Shown here: piece by piece, positions 22,764 to 35,800 of the stretch
How the letters are laid out: every line of letters begins with the position of its first letter
Position numbering within the stretch: position 1 is the first letter of the stretch
Notes under the pieces: generated by a model
Databases searched by the model: none
What the model saw: only the letters and a program-made list of their open reading frames with translations
What the model was told of the DNA's origin: nothing
Assembly (NCBI GenBank): GCA_030141605.1
Contig: JAQGDQ010000240.1
Span: 1 to 64,000 of the forward strand
Reading direction: 5' to 3'
From: Tubiluchus corallicola
Taxonomy: Eukaryota; Animalia; Priapulida
Length of the DNA stretch: 64,000 nt
Position numbers and translations under genes: made by a program

Positions 22764-25700
22764 CAAAGGTCAACAGAACTTAAAGTGTTTTCATTTCTTG
22801 TACAATTTCGCCTCTGACAAGCGTCAATTGACTTAACAGTCATGTTGTTATTAACAGGAGTTCACATAACAGCCATTTGCGGAATCGTTGAGTTTTTACT
22901 TTGCAGCTAATTTTTTTAATACTGATGGATACATTGCAATCCGGGATGCAAAACTAGTGACAGAAACTACTTGATGATATATAAGTTCATGTAAGACCAA
23001 ACACTAAAGCAGTAGTAGCTTTATTAACGTTCGGTTGTGAATATATCCTCTTTCAAAGGCAGAAAAAAGGGAGAGATGGCCAGGATCACTAACCTGGCGG
23101 TCGACTACCGTTTAGTAGCTGTCTCGGCTTTGCCTAACTTCGGTTCTTAAGCGACATCTAGTATTTTTCCTCTTGCTCAGAAAATGGATAAGTGGGCTCT
23201 TTGAGAATCTTATTCTGTTACAATGTGGAAATTTCAAAAGTTCTGATGTAACTTGTGGGAATTACATTAAACAACAAAACTACAAAAACGGTTTTGTGTT
23301 CGATTCGTTTTGTTTATAAGATTATAACGTAGTTAATAACAACTTTTTTCTTTCCGTAATAGTATGAATGATATGACAGCTTCCTGTACAACAACAATTA
23401 ATATCCAGCAAGTCGATATTAACACGATTTGGCCATTGTAAAGGCTCTACATTTATAATAACTTAAGCGAATATGTTACACAATAACTATTTAACAATGT
23501 ACGATTTACATAATGTTAAAATATTTACAATAGAGGTTTAAGTAGCTAATTTACACTGCTTAAGCCCAAACAGACTACACAGAATGGAAAAAATGTCACA
23601 CGTATTTGTACAGCAAGAATGTATTTGGCTGGGTCAGAAATTATTACAGTCTATTTTTACACTATACATGAATCATTTTCATTAAAACGTATGTTTAAAT
23701 ACCTATTACTTAGTATTATGAGCATATTGGGTTTCTAAAGGTTGACAATTAGATAATCCGTCTTAAAAATGAAAAATATCGTGATTCTGAATTAACTCTA
23801 ATAACAGATTTAAATACAGCATACCAGTTCCTATTATGATCATCATATACCTATCCATTATGTCTATTGAAAACATTGGGCAGGCAGAATTCTGGATGAG
23901 AAATCTGCCCTCAAAACAGGTAAATATAGCAGTAATCCAGCAAAAACCTAGACACTACTACGCGATGGACATGTTTCTGCAGGAAAGCATAAAAATAAGA
24001 ACTAAAACTTTATAAATTCGTTTATTTAGGCGGTGAATAGCAAGATGAGTTTGCAAAGTTTTTAGGAGAAATTAATTTTTGCAAGTAGTGAAGATTGGGG
24101 ATACACGCCAACTGAGATGACTAAAGGCTGCCATTCATTTAGCTTAAAAGAATGATAATATAAACAATGAGATCATGCGAGCTGATCAGGTTACCATGAT
24201 TTACCTGCGTTCCTACAAATAACAATGATCAAATAAGGCATTAAGTAATTAGCAGAGCCTAAAAACTATTACACCAATACCTTTACGTTATCTCTGTAAT
24301 ACATTAGCCAAATATTTACAATTAACATGATCAATTTTTTTCATCACAGCGAAGGTAATATCACTGATTCTTGTAAACCGATCAAAAACGGTTTTCCAAA
24401 ACTGGATAGACTAACTTCACCGAAAACAGGTGGAACTTATCAATAGTGCGTTCATATCTACAAAGACAGGATCAAGTTGATGAGAAAATGATATTAACTC
24501 AAAGGAACCGATATAATGTCGGCCAAAAGATATCAAAAGGATCATTAAATAGCTCTAGTTTCATCTAAACTGGCCGTAAGTCAACCAAAAACTGTTTCAA
24601 ATTTACCAACAATATTTAAAGATAATTAGGTTGCTCCACGAAAACTGGTTTGATGTTGACGAAGGCAACTGTAAACTATTGGCTGTGTTATGTATTAATG
24701 CGTCAGAACGCATTGTAAATAAAGTAGTTCGGTAACACGCATAATGGTGTACTGTATTTCGATATTTCTACTAGATAGAAATCCAGGTACATCAACATAA
24801 AACAGGCTGAAGCTGCTAAAATCAGCTTCAAATCGACCAGAAGATTTGTATTTAAAGTTTCACTGTTTATAAATCCACCAAAGTGGTTAAGGTCCATTAA
24901 AAATAATAACAATCTCTTCAAAAAAGAGTTTCAAGTTGTGAGGACCGATTATCTATCAACCATTAACGTGCTATTTCATACTACTAAATTTTCAGTAATA
25001 AAAATGAGAACATTTTGATGAATGTTATGGAACGACATAAAAATTATAGGCCTATAATGATAAATTGGCTATTCCTTTTGGCCTTTGACGTTGTTTAAGG
25101 CGTCAAGAATGTATTTCCAGAGAAAAGGCTGCCATGTTATGTAATAAAAAAAACTATTAACCATAAAGTAACTATTGTACACCATGTTTTGTCGCAAAAT
25201 TACATAAGAAAATAAAAAACAAGGAGTAATACATCCTTTAAAAAGAAGCAAATTATAAAATGGGTAACGCCCATTGGAAAGCAAAAGAACTCAAAGTTAG
25301 GCAAACTATAAAAGTACTAATAATGCATTAACTGTTGCAAGTTAATGCATTGTTAGTACAAGTTACGTGGTGGCCACAAATTTTTATTACATTAAGTAAA
25401 TTTATCTACACACACTATTGATTTTTAGTAAAATTTGATACTATAACGCCAATGATTTGTCAATACCATATTGAATAACACTGATTCTTTGATCAAATGT
25501 TATGGAAACTAGATAATAGGACTCTGACACAATTTTGAATAAGTCAAGAAATTGGCAAAAAAGAGAATTTATGTTAAATCGTTCTACATGCTGAACTGCT
25601 GACAATGAGGCGATTCACCAAAACATAATACCTCTACAATCGAACGCAGGCATTCTACGACCGAGAACTCTTATCAAAATTATGGAAGACGTACAGCTTT

Positions 25701-26068
25701 TAAAGCTTGCAGAAAATGTAATAGAAATACCATACATGTAAGTACACAAGCACTGAGACTTCTTATTAGTCATTTCTACTGTAAGTTTTTAAATAAAAAT
25801 GGTATGAAGTAATTTTACAGTAGGCGAATTGTCCCATTATCTAGTCACATCACCGAAAAATAAACGAGAACAAAATAAAATTATTAATAAAATGAAAAAA
25901 GCTGACACAGGCGACAGATTTTTTGCGGCACTCTGGAACTGGTCTGCAGTAGGTGTGATGATCTTCGGTAACTTACGTATTGTTAAGAAGCAAAAATGTA
26001 AGTAGTTAAATATATGCAATAAATGAAGGTTTCCCTTGCTTTCCACTAGGCGTCACCTCTGGTGATTG

Positions 26069-26817
26069 TCAGGATTTTGCATCCTCGCCGTTCGAACCAT
26101 ACACACGCTGTTTTAAAAAGTGTAAATTTGAAGAATTATCGTTGTCTTCATCCCCCATTCTCCAAGAAACTTTTTTAGTTAGGTTTGTACTGGGGATCAT
26201 TTGAGGGTAGCCTTCCTCCTTGTTTAAAGTTTTTTGTTCACTGGAATCACTTTTTTCGGGCACTGCAAGAGGCGCAGTGTTCAGTCTTAAAGGGTCATTG
26301 CTCGTTATTTCCGGAGGATTAGACACAGTCCGTCGTATCCGAGCACCATCTAACGACACTTCACACCCCACTCTTGGGGGAGGAGGCACATCAAGATGAA
26401 CAGAGGAAGCGCTGTCAGTATCATGCGGACTTAGTGATGGTAGCCGTTCACTACCACGGTTCGAGTCTGATTCACTTAACTGGGAACAAAAGGAGTCATT
26501 GTGTACATCACCAAGTTGCCGTTGCTGTTGTTGATTATGCTTCTTATCTCTCTCTAGATGAGCGAGTTCTCTGACATTTGAAAGAAGATGCTCCCACTGC
26601 TGAGCTGCAGATGGTTTCTTCTTGAAAGGCAATTTACCAAAGTGTGACGTCTTGCGTGGTGACGGTTTGTTTTTAACAATGTCGTCATCCTCCTTTAGCA
26701 AATCTTGGATTGGCATGCCCAGACCAAAATCAGTTTCTGGTATGGGATCAATAGTTCTCTCTAAATTTAATCCTTTCATTAGTCTTCGCTCCTGCAAGCG
26801 ATTTTTCTTGTTTTTAC
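26069..26817 (-). CDS. TRPC: TRPC terminal coding exon
   Basis: TTTGCAG|GT AAA AAC...ERRLMKG...GEDAKS-TGA; phase fits the previous exon. Confidence 0.88.
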
Positions 26818-29800
26818 CTGCAAATAGAATACAATGGAATGCAAGTAAATTATGTCACAGAAATTGAAGAATTACAAACATAGTTTCAGTTGCAAACATT
26901 ATTAAAGTAATACTCACTAAACAAATTATCAGGCGCCATCATCATCGGGCCTCATCATCAGCATCACGTCGTCGTCATCGTCATGGTCATCATGATCATC
27001 GTCATCATCATTATCGTCATTATCATCATCGTCGTTGTCGTCATCGACATTTCTAACACCACCACCACAGCCACTGACGCAGCCAGAGTCACACTACAAC
27101 CACCATTAATGCAATTCATTATTACTATCATTTTTTCTCTGCTAACTCTTTATTTTTTGAACCTCTCATTTCATCCACTTCTCAGTTAGACATTTGACCC
27201 TAAACACAGTTTCTACTTCCCTCAGTATCCTCTCATCTTCTCTTTCTCCATCCCCTCTCTCATTCTGTTTCACTTTCTCTCCATCACTTTTTCTCATTCT
27301 TTCATTATTTACCATGCTCTTTCTGTACTTCCTCTTTTTTGTTAGAGTAAAAGTACTTACTGCTGGCTTTTCTTGTGCTATCTGGAGGACCACTGATACC
27401 GCTGTATTTCAGAATTTCCAGCAGTTCGTAACGGAACGAGGATATGTCCTGTTTAATTTCATTAATGTCGTCCTCGTTAACGCCTTGGTGTTGTTGCTGT
27501 CGTTGCATGTTAGTGACGTAACGTTTGACGAGACTACGCATCACAGCTTGATATCTAGCATCTCTTTCGCTGACTTTGCGAACTATTTTCTGCAAAGAGG
27601 AAGAATACGAGAACTATAAACTCTTTACAATAAACAATTTGTTTTTATTACTGGTCATTGTGCACATATTTATTGCATCAAGTGAGACGTTCAGATATAA
27701 CATTGTTTTACGGCAGCATGTTACGTTAAGTTATAATATGTTACACCACGTGAGAAATGCGTCTACTCGAACAACTTGGATTTGTTGCGCTAATAGTGTT
27801 ATTTATACATACTGCAATCTGTTGTAGTATATTGTATCAAACGTGTATTGTTGTTTTGATCGGCCCTATGTCAATAATTTATCTGTCTATCTATCTTCTT
27901 ACAGCCTTCTTTAATGCAAATACAAAAATCAGCCCCTTTGCCATTCACTGATAACTTACTTTTAAACTTTTCCACCTTGTCCGCTTCTGTTTGTTAGAAC
28001 AGCTACATAATTTTTGATACATCCACTTGATTAGATAATAAAATGATTTAGGACTAGGAATGATGTTAAATGGCGGCGGCATCGTACCCCCATCTTCGAA
28101 GTACGACATCCACAGTTTGGAACGTGCGAACTTCCACTCGGTATCAGCTTGATTCTGCAAAAAAGTGTTTTTGTATTTAGCTTTAAATGATACATAAGCC
28201 ACTATTGTACAGTTCATTGTACACGAGCCATTTCAGTACATTTTTTGAGAACTGGATCCGATAATGCTCATTACAAAGGCTTATTCTCAAGCTACTGTAA
28301 AATGTTTAGAGTTACATTTTAGCAAGAGCGTGGTAATTAGCCCAGTGGTGGCTCGTGACCACTAGGGTTCGATTCTTGCTCTGGATGGTTTCATTCATCA
28401 CACCGATTTTGGTAGTTTGCTTTGTAGAGGGATGATGTATATGCACTACGAACGTGGCTGAGATATTCTGCCGGTTCAGTGCTCATCTTAGGCAATTATC
28501 GTTTATAGTGAGCCAGGTTCCCGTCTTGCCATACACATTGAAGTTAGGCGGGCCTCATAGCTGAGTGGTGAATTCCGCTTGGCAGAATGCCAATGTAAAA
28601 TCCATAAAAAGTATTCGAAAGCTATATTTCAAATTATTATATCGAACTATTTCGAACTATATTATTATTGTTATTATCATTGTTATTACTATTAAATATT
28701 TCAAAGTACAGGCGGGGTTAATTAATAATTAATAAAAGTGGTGGCCATTAGTGCATTTTATAGGTAGCACCAATTATTAAGCCATCAATAACCATTTATC
28801 AAGTTATTTTATATTTCATTTTTGTTATTAAGCTATACTTACAGCAATGATTTGGTATGAATTAGACATCATGGCTATTAGCATATTTAGTAATACAACA
28901 ATAGAAATAGCACTGTATACACCAAACATTAGCAGCCCTACAAACTCTGTGTACTCATGGTCCTCTTGTAGTTTAAAGGTCGTAAGATCTACGAGACCAT
29001 ATAAACCCCAGTATAAGGTCTGTAAGCTCTCAAATAAACTGAAAATACAAAATAATCACATTTAACAACTATACAACTAGTCATAAACATGTATCATCAT
29101 ATTAAACTAATGCATGGCATACGTTCACTTAGCACTCAGAAAACGCAGAATATTAAATTTCTCAGGTCGTATGAATCATCAATGATGCAATTATGGTCAT
29201 TACTATTTAAAGCTTGAAGTAAATATTGCTGTTTAACAAGCAAAGAAATTAGTGCAATTATGAACTGACATATGTATTCATTAATTATATGGTGACGGAA
29301 TTGGTTTTAAAATAGATAAAATGGCATTGAAAACCCTTTGTTCAGTGCAAACGATGACGCATTTTAAAATAACATTTTAATATTGCTTCCTACGCATTTC
29401 ATTTGAGAAAAGAAAACGTTTTGCTTTAAAATGGCATTATAAGTAGGGACCGTTTTATAGCAAGCGTGTCGTATATAAAACGCAACACCTTTTGCTGTTT
29501 TTACTCACTTGAGAAAGCTCTTGTACTTTTTCTCACAGGACACGTGTCCGATCCCGCCAAAACTTTGACACTCCTGGGCTCTCATAGTGGCGTAGTACCA
29601 GTACAATTGTGTGAGTCCACAAGCGAAAGCAAATACCACAAGCGCCAATATGAAAGCAAATTTCATAATGTCTATCACCATACGTCCGAGTGAGATTTGT
29701 AAAGGACCCAGGTAGGGATTCACAGTAAAAATGTACACAAGTTTTAACGAACTGAAGATGTTGGCAGCAGCAAAGAGACCTTCGGAGATCAGAGTGGGAT

Positions 29801-32800
29801 CATAGGCATCCCAGTCTTTCCGCGGTGCCATCGCTTGCTCTATCTTGTTTGACACTTTCTCATTTTCTACCTAAAAAGTTAATGACGTCTTATCAGTTTT
29901 ACCATTCAAATCTGATTTGGTTTGTCATACTTAATTAATTTTAAAATTTCTGCAATTTACTAATTGTTTTGAGTTACATGTGTTAAAAGCTGATACTTAG
30001 ATAAGGTTATAAAATCACAATTTACAAGTATACGTGTATGACAAAATTTTTTGCGTAAGTCGTAACAGTGTTTCAGATGATAAATCATGTGATTTGACAG
30101 TGTACCATAGAACAAAATGGCTTCAGTACTACAGAAATTAGATGAAAGATTGCACACATGTACTGCAGATGCACATTGGCTAGCCATTGAGACTAGTATG
30201 TTATTCGTACTTAGCAGAAGATGGATGTACTTACTATCACATAGGCACAGACACGCAGTGCTATAGTGGCTAAGTATAAGGCATTTGTGATGAAGTCTAA
30301 GATATTCCACATATCATGTGAGTAATCATAGAGCCCTTCGTCCCATAATTGCTTAATCTCAGACCAAACTAATCCTAGAAAATAACAGAAAAAGTCAACC
30401 ACATTACTGGTTAAAATGGTCGACAAGCTAATTAAACTAGGGAAAAAGAGAGGTGAACAAGCATCAGTCAACCAAAGGCAGACATTTTTTGAAATCTGGA
30501 GTTATCATGTATAAAAATGGTCTGTAGGCATGCTGGTACAGAATCAAGCTAACATCATCACGACCATGACCACAACTACGTCATGGTCACCATCATCAAC
30601 ATCACCACCATTAAGATTGTCATCATAATTCATTTATCGTCTTTCACTGTAACTCTTTTTTGCATTAAATTTTGCCATGTGCAAAATAAGCAAGTAGGCA
30701 CCTTTTAATTTTATCTTATCGAAATTTGGGCATGGCAGACACTGCTGTACTACACGATTGCCTCCTCTCCTGGTGCCATCGCAATGATATTGTTGTGGCC
30801 AAAGCTGTTATTGTTGCTATTGTTGTTGGTCAGCTAATACAATAACTGATTGGTGTTCATGCAGTTTTTATACAGCTTCTACTGCTACCATCGTTGCTGT
30901 GGCCGCCATTACTAAGATACTGTTTTTTAGAATAATCCAATCTATTTTTATAATTATAAAGATTTTTTTGATATCTGAGTTAGAGAGAAAATTTGAGACT
31001 ATTTGATATCTGTATCAGAACGGTAGATTTGTTTGCAATATATGGACAGCTGAACACTATGTACAATATTTTAATCTGTATAATTAATTCTGCAGGTTTC
31101 CAAACCAACAGTAATTTTTTGGTTATTGTAGCCCAGTCGGCGTTTTTTAAACTAAAATTTAGCAATCGGTTGACGAAGTTTCTTGACCAAACTGCCTAGT
31201 CGCACAATCAATTTGTTGCGGTAGAGAAATATAACTACATGTAATGTATGCTCTAATCTAATTGCTCATGAATCTTACCTGCTACCCACGCTAATATCAT
31301 CCATTCTATGCTAGTTGCTGGCGAACCTCGTCGCTCATTTTTATAAGTTGGTCCTAATTCATCGTCATCGCCACCTTGAGCAGATATCAAGTCGTTATTA
31401 AGTGGAAACTATAAGTCACAATGCAGCTTCTTTCATTCAGTGTGTATCATGCAATAGGTAAGTAAGTGAATGAGTGAGTGAGTGAGCCAATCAGTCAGTA
31501 GGTCGGTCAATTGGTCGATCGTCGGCCAGTCTGTCAGTGAGCCAGTCAGCCAAAGTCAGTCAATGAGTCCAGCTAGATAATCCATAAACATTTCGCTTAG
31601 TTTACCAGTCCGTCAGCTACTCACCTAGTTAGTCTGTATGTCGGCTAACCGACTGATCAGCAGGTTTTTCTGTCAGCCTGAAGAAGTCATTTATTTTCAA
31701 CAAAGCAAAAATATATCTCTATCATTCTTTTGTGCAGAAAAGTTACTTTCTTTTGTACAATGAAAGCTCTAAAAATAATTTCTTTATAATGTTTTTCTCA
31801 CACACAACTTCGCTTTATGATTTGCGGTATTATCTCTTTGTATAGCTTAGCATATAACAGAAAATCTTCACTTTCTACGAGGTTTAATATAGTCTCTGAT
31901 TTCATCGCTTGCTCTTTAAAAAAAGGTAGTTTGTTTTACTTTTACGTTTGCCTTGGAGTAAGTCATAGTGCTGCATTCAGAATGATAATGTCGCCTCTGA
32001 AAAATCAAATGACACTTACCAACACTTATTATAGACTCTATTCGCTGAGATGCTAAAATTAAGAAAACTGAAACGCAAAAGAAAGAGATACTGTTAAAAT
32101 ACGATAAAAGCTAAATCAAATAAAAGAACGCAAAAAGAAAGTTGATTCATTACAGTAAATTAGAGGCACGTGATTAATATGGCCTGACCATAATGAGATG
32201 GCCTGGAAAACAACCAGCTTATGACGGTAACTAGTATTACACCAGTCAACAAGTAGAGTTCAACCAACAAAAACCGTACCTATGTTATTGTCGTTTAATT
32301 GAACGCGCTTGCTGGCTTGCTGAACTATGTTTAAGTTAACATAACTGTTATGACAATGCACCTGCCTAATTAAAATCGTAATATCAAAGTATAAGGTATA
32401 GAACTATAGCCTCACAACTGGTCAAATTGTAAGAGTATAACATCTCTACTTGTAACTTTAGAGTGTGTCAAAATGTTTTGAGGAATAGTAACAGAAATAC
32501 GCCAAACTGCAAAGATTACGTGGCAGATTTCAGCGTTTGGAATTTTGATTAGTATTTTAAGCGGCGTCGCATTTCTTTCTAATACATTTTTTTGTATTCT
32601 GTATTTTTTATTTACTTTTTGGTTTCTTTCTCCCTTGTCTATCCTTCTTCCTTCTTTATTACCCATGTTTTTAGCAGCTATGGATTCACGTTTACAAAGC
32701 TTACAGCCAAGTACACCCTCTGGCACTAGAGAATGATGGATCGGCCTATATGTCACACGCTTAGATTGCACAATTAGAGAGTAACCATACTCTGATGTGA

Positions 32801-35800
32801 CCTAGTCCGTTGTAAATATATAATACAAACCTCATATTAATACTTACATAAAAAAGTAAAGTAGGAGGCACTATGACATATAAACTTAATGAAAGGCTTG
32901 CGTAACGTCATCCCTAGGGAACTCTTGGGCGCCATTAAATACATCGTTGAGAACACAGGAAAACATATCCCTATTGACATGATCATGAAAAACTGTAAGA
33001 AAAAAACATGAAACGTTTAACTTTAAGCGTCATAACAGGTGTAATTTCGGAACCAGAAGTCAATTCCAAAAGTTAATAAAATCCATATAAGTACTTGATA
33101 GGGCAGACTGTTATTCAGATATCTTATATAGGATGCTATATAGTAGCACAGCAGTTGCTTTAAAATTCTTAGGCCTATGGCTTTACCTAAATGGACCGCC
33201 ACAAAATTTAACAGACGGAAATGTGGATAAGCTGGGTTAACAAAGCCGACATTTTACCTAAAATATACCTAAATTTTAATTTGACCATTCATGTGGCAGT
33301 GTATTATAACACAAATTACCAGGCAAAAGGAAATCAAATAATCAAACACAGACGCCACAAATGCCCTTGGACTGATTACAATAAATATTAATAAAGTGCG
33401 CTTTGGTTGCTCAGAAATCCTTTTTTGTTAAGCATGCACCATTAATAATAATTTGCTTCAAGATTCCTGGCCTTTTAGGGAAAGACCAAACCTACAAAAG
33501 TTCCCGTAGAGAAGTTTGCTAACTAACAACAGTTATCAAGCTACTTGGCTTCGGAATGCGCTTCTCCTGGGCAAACAACATAGCTTATTTTACACGGTAC
33601 TCCAAATTCCCTTTCATCCAGTTGCTATTACTGATTCATATATTCACATACCGCAAAGTGATGCTTTACATCAGAAAACCAACCCTGACTGCAAGATTGC
33701 GTTACTTCCTCTAGTATATAAGAGACAAACATATCAATGAATAAAATCGCCAGTTTTATTCATATGGGATGCCTTAAATTCGAAAATAGCCTTAGAAAAG
33801 GTACTAATAAGCGTAGTATTGTTTACAAGATGGCGCTAAACTTTCACTAACTAAAACAAGATCAAGATATTAGAATAACAATTCGATATCGATAAAAACA
33901 TAATACACTGTAGTCACAAGGAGGTCTGGACTTACGATTACATGCTGCAAAACATGTTGAAGGATTTTTCTAGGAATGTAAACGACTTTTTTGATTAGAT
34001 AGCTAATAATGCAATTAAGTGAAAGTAAAAACGTGGGTCTGTGGGGGGAAAGCGTAAAAACCCGAAATATTGGAAATCTCTAGATAATGCAAAAACTCCA
34101 AGTGAGCTTCCGCGATTTTCCAAACCATTAAAATGCGAGTGAGCAGTTCTCGCAATATGATTATGGCTGAATTAATAATTAGCAGTATATCACATTACTG
34201 CTAAAACCGTAATGAAATTTTCTGAAATAAATGTAATTTCATCAAGTAATGAATTATGATTAAATTGAGTTTTATTTTGATGGACTCTGACTGTCGAACG
34301 CGCAACTGTGTAATTTCATTTGCAGTGAAGAAGAATCGGCTGACTTTATAATGATTAAACATTGACCCATCATGACTTTCAACACGTTTGCCAAGGACAA
34401 ATAAAATGCGCATGCGCAGTCAGCAGCAGTTGTAAGCAAGGCTGTACAGGTACCAGGTGTTCAGGTACACATTTCCTAGGTTCTTTTGAAAAACAAAATT
34501 GTTTGGTCATTTTTTTTGAATAACATACTCACAATACAATTTAAAATTGCCTGTTGTTGAATATACCAATTTTTATAAGTTGAAACCTGTATAAGTTGAC
34601 TATTTTAGTGCCAGTATGAATTATTCAAAATGCCTTTTCATTTAGCAGTTCAACATGAACGGTTAAATAGAAAAACCTACTGCTTAACAACAAATCCGTT
34701 TAAGACGCGTACATGATTCCAAACTTTATGAAAATAAAACTAAGATTTTAGGCGTTGTTTCTAAAAAGAACTAAACGTTCTTTTAATCAACCGGCAGCGA
34801 TTATAGATATTAGATATTTAGACAAAAGCTCCCATAAACGACACGAAGCGAGGATCATTTTTAGAACAGTAGTGAAATTTAAGACATTATAGGTAAAGGA
34901 TCAATTGGATACTAGGGGATCAACTGTTTTGCAATAAAATTCAGACGTAATCACATGCTTTTTACAATATTACAAAAGTACTAAAAACTCAGAGTGCTTA
35001 CTGACCTGTACAGAAAAATAAATTTTACCTTAAATAATATATTTCGTCGTCTGAATCCAGGAAGACCTTCGTACCAAATGGAAGCCAATAGCTGCTGGCA
35101 GTTTGGATGTGAAACAAACTAAACATCAATAAAATGTCCATGAAATCCTCAACAGAAGCTAAAGCTAACATCAGATAACAACTTAGATAACGTGTAAACG
35201 AACGAAACTAGTAGTTAAAGGTATTTAAAATAATAAAAAACAAAATGCAATAGTGTGAAATAAAAAGAAAAAGAAGTAGAAAAGACAAAACAGCTAGAGA
35301 AGAAAAGAGGGAAAAGCCAAATTTCGATAGTATGCAAATTTGAAAATCAGATATATATTAATTAAAAAAACTTAATTTTGATTGACCTGTATATATATAT
35401 AGGCAGGTCAACCAAAATTACGTTTTTTTAAATGAATTAGCAGAGAAACGAGAAAATACGCACGAGATTGCAATTATAAGAAATGCCAGTGCAATAACAA
35501 AAGTACAACAAAACGAAATAGCAGAACGCAACAGAACATCCCTTTTGAGCGTGGCAAAATATAAAAAATAAGGTGGAATGCAACGATAGGAATAAGCCAA
35601 TACCTTGAAGCAGCAATAGAATACCAAAAACATATATAAGGTAAGAAAAATATCCTGTACTAACCTTCTTTTGCTTGTACTTGATAGCCAATTTTAACCG
35701 ACTGAGCGCCATCCTGTCACTGGAATCCTTTGATCCTGAATCAAATAGTGAATGCCCTGAGTCATGGTTCAGAATCACCGCCAATTCTTGTGAGGACCTG

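Noticed and set aside
28321-28385. tRNA gene
   Set aside because: A and B boxes are only about 17 nt apart with no proper anticodon arm; treated as a SINE head
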